Positions 1-10,720 of a stretch of DNA of 64,000 nucleotides are shown here, piece by piece. The notes below the pieces were generated by a model. The model made no database searches. It was not told where the DNA came from and was given only the letters and a program-made list of their open reading frames with translations. Numbering within the stretch: position 1 is the first letter of the stretch; every line of letters begins with the position of its first letter. The stretch spans positions 58,900,001 to 58,964,000 of the forward strand of contig OZ024744.1 of the NCBI GenBank assembly GCA_964016885.1. The letters run 5' to 3'. Made by a program: the position numbers and the translations under genes. Origin of the DNA: Eledone cirrhosa. Its lineage: Eukaryota.

Positions 1-529
1 AAAAAAACATTTCAACAGGAACATTTATTTTCGATGAACCATTGCCTTTTTGTTCATCGTTTTCTTCATCGTTCAAGTTTTTTTTCCAAAGTTCACACCA
101 ATAATTATGCTGAGTGAAGCCTTTCTTTTTCATCATGGTCACTTTCAAAATTGCACTATCATTTTCTCGCGCGTTAGAAATATTATTTTTTCAACCTTGT
201 ATTGGCACGTGTAGGCAGCACAAATTCTCGACTCACAGAGATAGCCGCACGCCAGAGATAACGTTTCTCGCCAAGGATTCTTCAGCCTTAAGCTATATTC
301 TCCTATTTGCCGGTTTAAAAATTTACTACGTAAATTTGCCATTGAAAACTGCGCATTTATTCAGAATGCTTATTTCTTTGGTCGCTGGCCTCTTGACCCT
401 TCCAGGTTAACGCATTCTCAACATCGACCATCAACTTCGGCTGCTATTTCTAGCACTTTGCGCAACTCATTTTTTCTAAAAAAAAATTTTTTTTTTACTG
501 TGAATTTAAACACCGAATATGCTCACTCA

Positions 530-700
530 GCGAGACAACAGCAGCAGCAACAGCAACAGCAACAGCGATATGACAGCAACAGCAGCAGCAACAGCAATAC
601 AGCAGCAACAGCAGCAGCAACAGCAACAGCAATACAGCAGCAACAGCAACAGCAATATAACAGCAACAGCAGCAGCAACAGCAACAGCAATACATCAACA
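530..700. repeat. Compound (CAG/CAA/CAGCAA)n microsatellite
   Basis: Seen directly; it accounts for the polyQ/polyS/polyC ORF artefacts. Confidence 0.95.
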
Positions 701-1046
701 CAGCTTCACCAACAACCAAAGCCAGAGAATTTATTTTTGCAGCACTCTTCCTGTGAGAAAATCCATTCGGAGGTTGGAAATTTCACGATATACCACAGAA
801 CAGAGACCACCTGCATTCATTCTCTGGAACACACTTTCTTTCCTGCTGTCATGTGATTGCACACCTGTGAACTATATTTTGTACATTTGAACTTTGAGCC
901 CTTCTCTTACTTTACTACCTTGATATCTATCATTGATTTTTGCAAACATTCTTTTGTCGTAATTTTCATGCCTGTTACAACATTCTCGCCAACTTGCTAC
1001 ATATTTCAATTCGATTTTTATATTCTAAAATTCTGGCGGGAGGTTA

Positions 1047-1337
1047 TGTAGCGGTTGTCTCCCTTGTTTGGATTAACATCTAGACGGGAAGTAGAACCCT
1101 TTCTGTAACTTCCGGTCAGAACCCTATAAAACTAACAACTTTAAGTTCTCACTCTCTCATTTGGCTCTGCCTCTCATTTGGCCTTCCGGCGCCTGGCTGG
1201 CCTTAGCCAGGCGTCCTCTGCCAGCCACGTTTGCCTGGCAATCAAAACGGTAACGACTAACTTTGTTTCATTCTATCATCTATGTCTTTGACATGTCAAC
1301 TATACTATCTACCATTGTTAATTAAATATTACCTACA
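1047..1337 (+). mobile_element. LTR (probable 3' LTR of a Gypsy/BEL-type retrotransposon) with upstream polypurine tract
   Basis: TGTAG...CTACA inverted ends, internal TATAAAA (~1125) and ATTAAA (~1321), and purine tract ctggcgggagg just 5' of the TG. Confidence 0.6.
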
Positions 1338-1582
1338 CAAACAATGTATTCCTTGTTACATTCATACTACCCAGTATCTTCGCTATAGACTGTTATCGCA
1401 TACGGTCTGATCAGATATGAAGATAGCCCTTAAAAGAACTGTTGAGGATGGACAGACGAAAGCACAGGTTGAAAGGACGAAGCAAGGCGAGATGTAAATT
1501 CGATCAGCTATTTATTTTCATATAAAGCAACGATACAAGGTACAAGGTGTGTGTGAGTGACAAAGCGTAGCAGAGTAATATA

Positions 1583-2058
1583 CGTTTAAACAGTGATGTT
1601 GGCAATACCAATAAATATATATTTAACCACTGATGTTGGAAGTACCAATAAATATATGTTTAAACTCTGATGATGTTGGAAGTACCAATAAATATGTTTA
1701 AACAGTGATGTTGTTGGCAATACCAATAAATATATATTTAACCACTGATGTTGGAAGTACCAATAAATATATATTTAACCACTGATGTTGGAAGTACCAA
1801 TAAATATATGTTTAAACTCTGATGTTGTTGGAAGTACCAATAAATATATATTTAAACTCTGATGTTGGAAGTACCAATAAATATGTTTAAACACTGTTCT
1901 TGGAAGTACTAATAAATGTGTAAACTCTGATGTTGTTGGAAGTACTAATAAATATGTGTAAACACTGATGTTGGAAGTACCAATAAATATGTTTAAACAG
2001 TGATGTTGGAAGTACCAGTAAATATGTTTAAAAACTGTTCCATATAAATATATGTTTA
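1583..2058. repeat. Minisatellite, ~33-38 bp unit tgatgttggaagtaccaataaatatatgtttaaac, about 13 copies
   Basis: Direct tandem repetition with small indels. Confidence 0.95.
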
Positions 2059-2307
2059 AAAACCAAATCTTCCTCAATAAACTCCCTCCTCTCTTTAAAA
2101 TAGGGACCATGTTAAACCAGCAATGTAGGTTCTATGTAGTCAGTTTACTTGTCATACCTTCCTTAATAAACAAACTTCATAGTGTCCTTAAACCTTTTGA
2201 TACCAAACCACCTGAAACCCGACCCTGGTTGAAGGTCTGCGAGACTGCGTACGGTTTATTTATTTTTTTTATCTCGTTAGTAAAATAAGTTGGATTACTT
2301 TGGTAAA

Positions 2308-2494
2308 TAATTGTTTCTACTATTGGCACAAGGCCAGCAATTACCCAGTACATTACTGGTACTTTATTTTATCGACCCCGTAAGGATGAAAGGCAAAGTT
2401 AACCTCGGCGGGATTTGAACTCAGAATGGCAAGGGCCTTAACTCTATGCGCCAAAGCATGGCATCCGACACTCTACCAATACTGCCAATCCACC
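2308..2494 (-). mobile_element. tRNA-derived SINE with Meta-like central domain. Other copies: ~5928-6115(-), 7880-7977(-), 9362-9550(+), 9643-9823(+), 13748-13860(-), 21374-21555(+), 36775-36957(+), 36988-37170(+), 48198-48315(+)
   Basis: Pol III A box (tggcagtatygg) and B box (gttcaaatc), body gcctttcatccttacggggtcgataaaataaagtaccag, and a shared tail ggccttgtgccaaaagtagaaacaatta; at least 10 similar copies. Confidence 0.85.
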
Positions 2495-3039
2495 GCCTTT
2501 GGTAAATAATGAATGAATATTACATAATTTATCTACTAAATTTCGTAAACAAAAATAATTTCGTAAAAATAAATAATTTAAAATTGACTTCTTTTCAAAG
2601 TTGCACTTCCGGTATATCGTTGTAACCACCACCAACTACCATATATATAGAAAGAGAGAGTGTGCGATGTCAACACTTCCAGTGGCGATCACTTAAATAA
2701 ACATACTAATTTTCTGTCACTAATTTTCTCCTAATGCAGTTTATATATAATATCGTCTTTTTTTAATGTATGGATTACGTTACTGATTACATAAGACAAT
2801 GTAACAACGTCTTCGTTCAATTTCTGTTTATATTGTCAATTACGATTTTATTTAATGTATCATATCTACATGTATATATATACTTGCGTATAATATCAAT
2901 ATACACACTACCATGCTAGCATGAGCCGGTAATACAGCATATATGTAGTTGCTTGATATGCATGATGTAGCAGTCAAAGTGAGGTCCAGTAAATAAGTCA
3001 GAGGAGTCCTATGAGTCTGAATTAATGAGCAAAGCAACT

Positions 3040-3973
3040 TTCTACAGTGGTTTAGATGATTTTCTCAAGGAAACGAACAGGTTGAAGATGAACACAGATT
3101 TGAAGCACCTATGAGTCTGAATTGTGCACAAAAAGAGGAAAACATTGAATAAGTGTAAAGGTTAGTGATGCGAGGTCACTGAGCTACTGTGAGGATATCT
3201 GAAGTTGTTGGTATAAATATTGACACTATGGAGACAATTCTGACCAAACATCTGGAGCACCACAAAGTCTGTCCCAGTTTCAGATGGAATATTGCACTGA
3301 CATTCTCAATGATAGAAGCTGATTCTGATTTCCTTAAATTAGTAGTGATTTGTACCAAGAGTTGGGTATTCACCTATGACCCTAAGAGCAAACAGCAGAG
3401 TGCCCTGTGGAAGTACATGTCCTCTCCGGGCAAAAAAGGCGAAGATGAGCACGTTGCAAGAGAAGGCCAAGGTCATTTCTTTCTTTGACACCCAGGATCT
3501 AATTCACATTGAATGGGTTCATGAGGGCCACACCGTGAATAAGGAATATTACCTTGAAGCTCTGAAAAAGTTCTGGGAGAAGATGAAGAAGAGGCCACAG
3601 CAGTGGAGAGTGGTGGTTCCACCAGGACAATGCTCCATGCCACAAATCAAAACTGGTAATGAGCTGGATGACCAACAGGGGAATGAAAAGTGGAACAATA
3701 CCCACCCTACGGCCCTGACCTGGCTCTTAGTGTTGTCTTCCTGTTCCCTCGCATGAAAGACAGCCTCAGTAGTATCAGATTTTAATCATCCCAGAAGTTG
3801 AAGGAGGTACCAGTAAATTTCCTGATGGGACTACAGAAGAAAGTGTAGGGAAACGCTTGCACAATTGTGTAGATGCGTGAGGTCATTATTTTGAAGGAAA
3901 CAAAATTTTGTAAGTTTATGAAAATAAATGTTTCTCCTGAAATGTTCTCCTTATTCATTTAACATACCTTGTA
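3040..3973 (+). mobile_element. Degenerate mariner (Tc1/mariner) transposase
   Basis: WVFTYDPKSKQQS, FFDTQDLIHIEWVHEGHTVNKEYY and an HPPYxPDLAP-like motif spread across frameshifts; ends ...catacctt gTA. Confidence 0.85.
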
Positions 3974-4126
3974 CAGTATGTATATATATAGGAAGGGCAT
4001 CCAGCCATAGAAAACCAGCCAGAAACAGTCCTATAGGAGCGAGACACAGTCACCCGACCCAACTTGCCTCAAAATGGGACCCATGTTAGCGTGGAAGATA
4101 GACGTTAAATGATAAGAGATATTTTT

Positions 4127-4225
4127 GTTGGTTGATTGGCTGGTTGGTTGGTTGGTTGGTTGGCTGGTTGGCTGGTTGGTTGGTTGGCTGGTTGGCTGGT
4201 TGGTTGGTTGGTTGGTTGATTGGTT
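4127..4225. repeat. (TTGG/CTGG)n microsatellite
   Basis: Seen directly. Confidence 0.95.
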
Positions 4226-4509
4226 CCTTTGTGCATCACACAAAAACGAAAACACCATCGAAATGTAAGTCCACCAAGGGAATAAGGATATATCCAGGAA
4301 GGTTTATTGATACTAATTTTATAACATCAAAGAAAAAGAAAAGCATTTGTAGTGCACCTGAGCACTGTACACAATAATGTTCATCGTTATTATATCCTGG
4401 GTATGCTAACCAACCTGACTGCTATTTCTAGTAGGTTGGGAATCAACCATAAGAGATTCTCTCAGCATGTTCGTTGTCAGTGATGATCGTGTTCCGCGGC
4501 CAGCGTCTC

Positions 4510-5765
4510 CAATATAAGTTATACTGGGAGATCCTAGCTAAGACTAGATCGTATAACGGAAATAAACGATCATGTGACCTCTGCACCGCTGAAGCCCTGG
4601 AAATACTCTACGCCAAAGACCACATCTTAAACAAAAAATCTGAGGCAATTTTGGCTTGTAAACATAAATTGCACAAAACTTTCCTCTATTACAGCCCCAC
4701 ATTATACCCTAACGGATAGTACGAACTATACGCAGATATTTTACATCTTGATGTGGTAGCTAAGTATATGTTATGTTTATACCATTACTTATTTGTATAG
4801 GTAAGTATATATTACCTGTATGTTTTGCAAAGGTACGTATACTTTCTCATATGTTTCTTTGCTTGTATATGTTATAGGCGTATATATTATATTATATTAT
4901 ATATACTGGTACATGTGCATTTGGTTATGTGTATATGTGAGTTTTGCGTCTGTGTGAGTATGCGGGTTCATACGTGTGTAGGGTGTGTGTATATGTGTAC
5001 TTTGTGTTTTGGTTGACGTACGTCTGCGAACATGTGTATTTACATGTAGGTACGTATGTGCATGCGTTATATTCGTATTTATATGTGTATATTTATATAC
5101 GTTTATATAATTATATGTGTACATGCACACACACACATATATATTTTTATGTGTATTTGGTGTAAACGTTCGTATGTGTGCGGGTTCAGGCGTTGCGTGG
5201 GTTCTGTATGTGTGTGCGTGTTTTTTTGTGTATGTGCTTGTATTTGCATACTCATGCCGGGCGTTTTCGCTTATGCATGTGTATGTACATATATGGATGC
5301 GTGCATGTATATATTTAATTTCAATTACCTCTGTAATTTATTTACATTACTCTTAACTCTGAAGCCGAGAATCATTCGGTTTCCTATATAGAATTTTAGT
5401 CTACGACTTCATTTATACCATAAACGTGGTTTTGTCTTTGCGTGTAATTGTTTTCACCGCTCCAAATAATGACGTATCATCTTCGTTTTTTTTCTGTTCT
5501 TTGCAAGGGAACGTTTCCACGAACCAAAGTATCGTCTTCCTGTCTTCCATCGGTTGCAACGTTTTTCGAAATATTTACTTCTCCGTTCACAGATTGATTT
5601 TTTTAGTTTCAGAAGATCCCGTTAAGGGTGAAAGCAGCGATTCTTTGCTTAAACTTTAATCTGTTATTTTAATAAATATTTGCTCTACGGTTCTTATATA
5701 TTTGATATATATTTATCCTTATCGAGCCATCTTTGGATTTTAGTCTTCTAATTTATTATTATTAC
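4510..5765 (+). mobile_element. Penelope-like element 3' fragment (GIY-YIG C-terminus, long AT/TG-rich UTR, hammerhead-bearing end)
   Basis: WEILAKTRSYNGNKRSCDLCTAEALEIL...LNKKSE...CKH; its end (5605-5765) is shared with 17239-17400. Confidence 0.7.
5605..5655 (+). ncRNA. Type I hammerhead ribozyme-like motif with variant core CAGAAGA
   Basis: AGTTT-CAGAAGA-t CCC gttaa GGG t-GAAA GCA...TGC TT-AAACT: stem I agttt/aaact, stem III agca/tgct, CUU cleavage triplet. Confidence 0.6.
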
Positions 5766-5789
5766 TATATATATATATAAATAAGTCAT

Positions 5790-6190
5790 TTTTTCGCAAT
5801 TGTAGAAATAATATTACAAATTAAAAAAAACACACACATCTAGGACCGACCACAAACATCAAAAGGCAAACAAACCGCTGACAGACTAAAAGATAATGAT
5901 ATCGCGAGGAATACTGGAAAATCTCTAATAATTGTTTCTACTTTTGTCACAAGGCCAGCAATTATCCCAGGGTATTACTGGTACTTTATTTTATCGACCC
6001 CATAAGGATGAAAGGCAAAGTTAACCTTGGCGGGATTTGAACTCAGATCATAAAGGGCCGTATCTCTTTGCGTCAAACCATGGCGTCCGACTCTCTACCG
6101 ATACTGCCAATCCAAATAATATTTTAGGCAATCCAGCACGCTCGCAGCGTTACCTCGGGTGATGGCGAGGCTAATGCGCTGGACAATCGA
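5790..6190 (-). mobile_element. 3' end of a CRE-like RLE non-LTR retrotransposon, interrupted by a SINE; same family at ~60520-60790
   Basis: The minus strand reads VQRISLAITRGNAASVLDCL, and the 3' UTR is shared with the 60.5 kb copy. Confidence 0.65.
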
Positions 6191-6437
6191 AAAGGAAGTG
6201 CACTAATGAAATAACGGTATATCGAAGAAGGTTTATTGGTACTAATTTTACAATATCAAAGGAGGAAAACATCCTGGGTATGCTAACCAATCTGACTGCT
6301 ATTTCTAACAGTTTGGGAGACAACCATGAAGTATTCTCTGCGTTGTCAGCTATGCTCGTGTTTCGCGGCTAGCGTCTCCGTGGATTCGAACGCTGGTTTA
6401 CACGCACGCATACACACACAACACACACATTTATATA

Positions 6438-7150
6438 TAACTAGCTGAGGTACCCAGCTTCGCCAAGGTAAACAGATGATAAAAGACCTAAAGAAGAAAG
6501 AAATTAAAAAGCATATATTTTCAAATGTTATGTGAGACCTTCTGGTGTAACGTTTTAACAAGGGTCCTCCAACCTTAGGGCCCCACCAAACTTAAACATG
6601 GGACTAGGAAAATGGAAACCCTAACCTTAACTTTAGCCCTAACTTTCACCTTAACCGTAATCCTAATCCGGGAAAACGAAAGTCGATTGGGAACATTTGA
6701 GGTCAGATTAGTTTATAGCAAAGAAAAAAAAAACCAAGAAAAATAATTATTTCCCACCAAACGCGAAGTGGATGTAGATCTGCGAAAATGGTTGTTTTTC
6801 CGCATCCTTTCCCACCTCTTTTTTCAACAAAGCTAGTCATTTTCGACTGGTTTAGAGATCATAATCGTTGATGACACACGAAAAATATAACCATAGAGAA
6901 AACTCTGAGGGGGGGGGGGGGGAGCTGTTTTGCTGGGGAAAAAACGTGGATTGAGACATCTTGGAGATCATATCAGTTGATAATACACACTAAAAAAACG
7001 GAAATTTTTTTTCCCCACTGAAATCGAAGTGGGTATTATTTTCAAATTACCGTTATATATTTCAAAAATTGTTGTCCTTTGATCAGAAGATAAATATCGC
7101 TGATTCTGTCTACATGGGGATCTTTATAGCGATTGCTATTTATGCCATGC
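6438..7150 (-). mobile_element. Helitron-like non-autonomous element (3' end near 6442)
   Basis: The minus strand ends ...ccttggcgaagctgggtacctcagCTAGt (subterminal hairpin plus CTAG) and contains degenerate CCCTAA-like repeats; the other boundary is uncertain. Confidence 0.45.
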
Positions 7151-7161
7151 AAGGTGTAGAT

Positions 7162-7470
7162 CAGTGGTGCCCAACCTTTTCACTACTCTTATTTAAATTA
7201 TTTTTCCCACATCCCCTGATACAATTCCTCTCCTATCATATTGTTATACGATTAGAATTACAATCGAAAGAGAAAAATGTTTATACTTAGATACCCATTC
7301 CTGTGAAGGGAGACCTGAGAATAGACCCGTATGAAATGGAGATCTGTCTCCCAATGCTCCATAGAGAGCAAAAGGAATTAAAGAAGAAAAATGTTTTTTA
7401 ATAAAGTACTTGAAATTTTGAACTTACTTACGGTCCTCTACTTCTACGAACCTCCAGATTGGGAACCGTT
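7162..7470. mobile_element. hAT-like MITE
   Basis: cagtggtgcccaacc ... gattgggaaccgtta termini with imperfect 8-bp flanks gtgtagat/gtgtaaga. Confidence 0.45.
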
Positions 7471-7578
7471 AGTGTAAGACATAATTGAAATGGCATGTCT
7501 CCATATAAACCTTACTTCTTGTAAATTTGTACGTTTTCTATTTGCGATCAATTTCGTAGCACAACATAAATATAAATA

Positions 7579-7863
7579 CAGTGGAACATAGATTCACAAA
7601 CGTCTCTCATCACGAACAAATTTTCTGAACATAAAACGTCTCGACTCACGAACGGTGTCTCGAGTAACGAACAGGCAAGCCATCAACAACGGTTGGCGAC
7701 AAGTTCGGAGTATCGGCGGGAAAGCGCCATTTGCTGTCTTTCACTCACAGTCTCTCTCTCACTTTCAACATTTCATATGGAGGAAATAGTTTCGGCTTGC
7801 GAACATTTCGGGTGACGAACGGTCTTTAGGATCGAATTAAATTCGTGAACCGAGGTTCCGCTG
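7579..7863. mobile_element. pogo/Tigger-like MITE (285 bp)
   Basis: TA-cagtggaacatagattcacaaa ... ttcgtgaaccgaggttccgctg-TA: terminal inverted repeats with TA target duplication. Confidence 0.8.
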
Positions 7864-8569
7864 TATTTAGAATCTGATATAATTGTTTCTACTTTAGGCA
7901 CAAGGCCAGCAATTACCCAGTGCATTACTGGTACTTTATTTTATCGACCCCGTAAGGATGAAAGGCAAAGTCAACCAATGTTCATTCATATGTTAAGTAA
8001 ATAGAATTACATTGATGTGGCATTCTTTTATTTAAAGTAGACGGCAATCTTTAATCAATATTGGCGGGGAGGGGGGTATTACCCCAAGCAAAGCAATAAG
8101 AGAGAAAGTCAAGACAGGGATCATAAATTAATGTAATCTTTCCTTGAATTATGACAGAATTCAAGGAAAGATTACATTAGTTTTCTTTTGTATTTTCTCA
8201 AATCATTATCAAACAATATAATTTTAAACATTTTCTTTTACTAATAAATCTTTCTGAATTAGCATATACACAATTCCCTGCAGATTCGTGGCAAATAAAG
8301 TGATGTCTCATTGCGTAATTCAATATATTCTTTTCTTTTAGTATTAAATCATCCATAATTTACATATGCAGATCAATCAGGCACCGCTCAATATCATTTT
8401 ATATATAGCGATTGCTGTCTAGTAAAAACGAAAGAACGCCTATTGATTCAGTGTATAAAATATATTCTTACTCCAAATCAGAAATGTAGCAGTGTTGCAC
8501 TCAATGTTTTTTGTTGTGGTTTTTGTCTTTTGTCTAGAACTTTCTTCTCACAAGCTTGTCTTCATTTTC

Positions 8570-8830
8570 ATCGAAGAAACAAAGATTTTGACGCCGAAGT
8601 GGCCTGGAGTAAATTGTGGCAGAGTGAGAATGACATTTGCAGGACATGCGTTCCGAATGCCAGAGTGACAAATAGCCATAACTGCAATGGTGTGGGTACC
8701 ACCAGAGGGAAAAGGAAAAGAGGGAGGAAGCCTAAAGAAGACTTACAATAGCTTAAAACCACACAGAAAGGGGCAGACGACAGCACAAAACCGGGACGAT
8801 TGGCGACTTCTTCCTGTCCGATGTTATGTA
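8570..8830 (+). mobile_element. Old LINE (RTE-like) ORF C-terminal remnant
   Basis: FAGHAFRMPE...AMVWVPPEGKRKRGR-type motif across frameshifts. Confidence 0.55.
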
Positions 8831-10309
8831 GATGATTGTACGGGTCCCTATTCTTAATCGAAACCACACTAACTGCGTGTATCGATTACGCTTGAAAATT
8901 ATTAGGGATCTGGAGGATTGTAGTAATATAACAAATTTTGTGGTATCAGAGCAGTACTGAATTAACTTTGTAAGGAGAGTTTGCTACAGGCACGGTATTT
9001 TCAGGATCCGCGCCCAAAGTGCTCTATAACTAATTACTGAAATTTACATATAGTATATAAGCACAGTTCATATATATATACATATATATAGGGGGGTGGG
9101 GGGCGAATAAACAACACCTCGCGTTCGGTCGGACCTTGTATCACGAAAAGATCTTTTTCTGGAAAATTATTGGATTTTTCCAGATTTAAATGTTTCTTAG
9201 GAACTTTCAATGTTTAATTTAGGTTTTGCCATCTGATGAGCACAGGCTATCATAACTGATAGTCCTCAGTGAAAATGTATAAGGGAGTTTTAAATAAACC
9301 TGAATCAACTGAATATGGCCTCCGATCTTTATATATAACGAACACAGATATATACATATATGTGGTGGATTGGCAGTATCGGTAGAGGATCGGACGCCAT
9401 GCTTTGACGCATAGAGTTACGGCCCTTGCCATTCTGAGTTCAAATCCCGCCAAGGTTAACTTTACCTTTCATCCTTACGGGGTCGATAAAATAAAGTACC
9501 AGTAATGTACTGGGTAATTGCTGGCCTTGTGCTAATAGTAGAAACAATATATATATATAAAGAAAATAATTTTTAAATATAACAGGGGAGAAGACCCATA
9601 CGCCCAATCACACGTCACAAATGACGATACCGATTCTCTCTATTGGCAGTATCGGTAGAGGGTCGGACGCCATGCTTTGACGCATAGAGTTACGGCCCTT
9701 GCCATTCTGAGTTCAAATCCCGCCGGGTTAACTTTGTCTTTCATCCTTACGGGGTCGATAAAATAAAGTATTAGTAATGTACTGGGTAATTGCTGGCCTT
9801 GTGCCAAAAGTAGAAACAATTATTTATGGTTCCTTTATAATTCGCGCTACAAGCCCCACACTAACCTAATTTGGCACTTGTACAGAGTATGCTGTGATAT
9901 TTATAATAAAATTTTAATGATCAATCTTTAACCAATTATTTACTTTTTTCTTTAAGCCAGAATTGCCCCCCAATATAAATAAAAATATTCAAAACCACTG
10001 TTTCCTATATAATCCAACACATTGGGAACCAATATGACTGTAGTAAATATATTATTAACAAACATATTAATAAACATACACAAAGAAAATAAATCAATTG
10101 GTAAATAACTTCAATGTATATGCATATATGTGTGAGCGTGTGTGTTTATTATACATACCTTTATAGTTCAACAGTCTTAGCTTAGATGCTTGCTGAATCT
10201 GTTTGTTTGGGAAAACACGTGCTTGTAACTATGGCGATATTGTCTTCGTTCTTTTGGTTGTTGTTTTATTAGTTTTAAATATATCGGAAAGCGCTCCTAA
10301 AGAATAACC

Positions 10310-10720
10310 CCCTTCCCATTCGAGGGAGGTAAATCCCTAATCTGGGATGCGACGTGTGGTGACATGTTCTCTGCCTCCTACCTTGTCTCTTCAGCAGCAA
10401 ACCCGGGCACCGCTGACCGCAATGCAGAGGAGATGAAGATAAACAAATACCGGGACATGACCAACCGCTTCCATTTCATACCGGTCGCCGCCAAGACCTT
10501 TAGTGTCCTCGGTCCCTGCCCTGCCGATTTCCTCTGTAAAATCGGAAAGACAGCAGCCTGTCTGAAGAAGAAGCTCCGTAGAGCGGGGTGGCTGTTGCAG
10601 CGGGTTGTCGCAATTCCTTCGCCGTTCTATCTGCGGGACACGGTCAAATCACCGCTCATTCAAGGGTGTAGAATTTGCTCCTCCCTCCCTCTCTCCATTT
10701 CCTTCATTGCTTAAGTTTCT
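10310..10720 (+). mobile_element. CRE-like RLE (restriction-like endonuclease) retrotransposon fragment
   Basis: GKSLIWDATCGD.FSASY...AEEMKINKYRDM..FHFIPVA.KTF..LG...WLLQR. Confidence 0.75.

Noticed and set aside
458-890. PolyQ/polyS/polyC ORFs
   Set aside because: Translations of the CAG/CAA microsatellite; no splice or domain support
1583-2058. CRISPR-like array
   Set aside because: Units are contiguous with no unique spacers, there are no cas genes, and the context is eukaryotic; it is a minisatellite
4825-5391. Cys/Val/Tyr-rich ORFs (also ~18000-18800, 26850-27250, 33000-33370)
   Set aside because: Low-complexity (TG)n/(TA)n translations
9362-9450. tRNA genes (A/B boxes here and in similar copies)
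   Set aside because: These are heads of multi-copy SINEs; there is no complete cloverleaf
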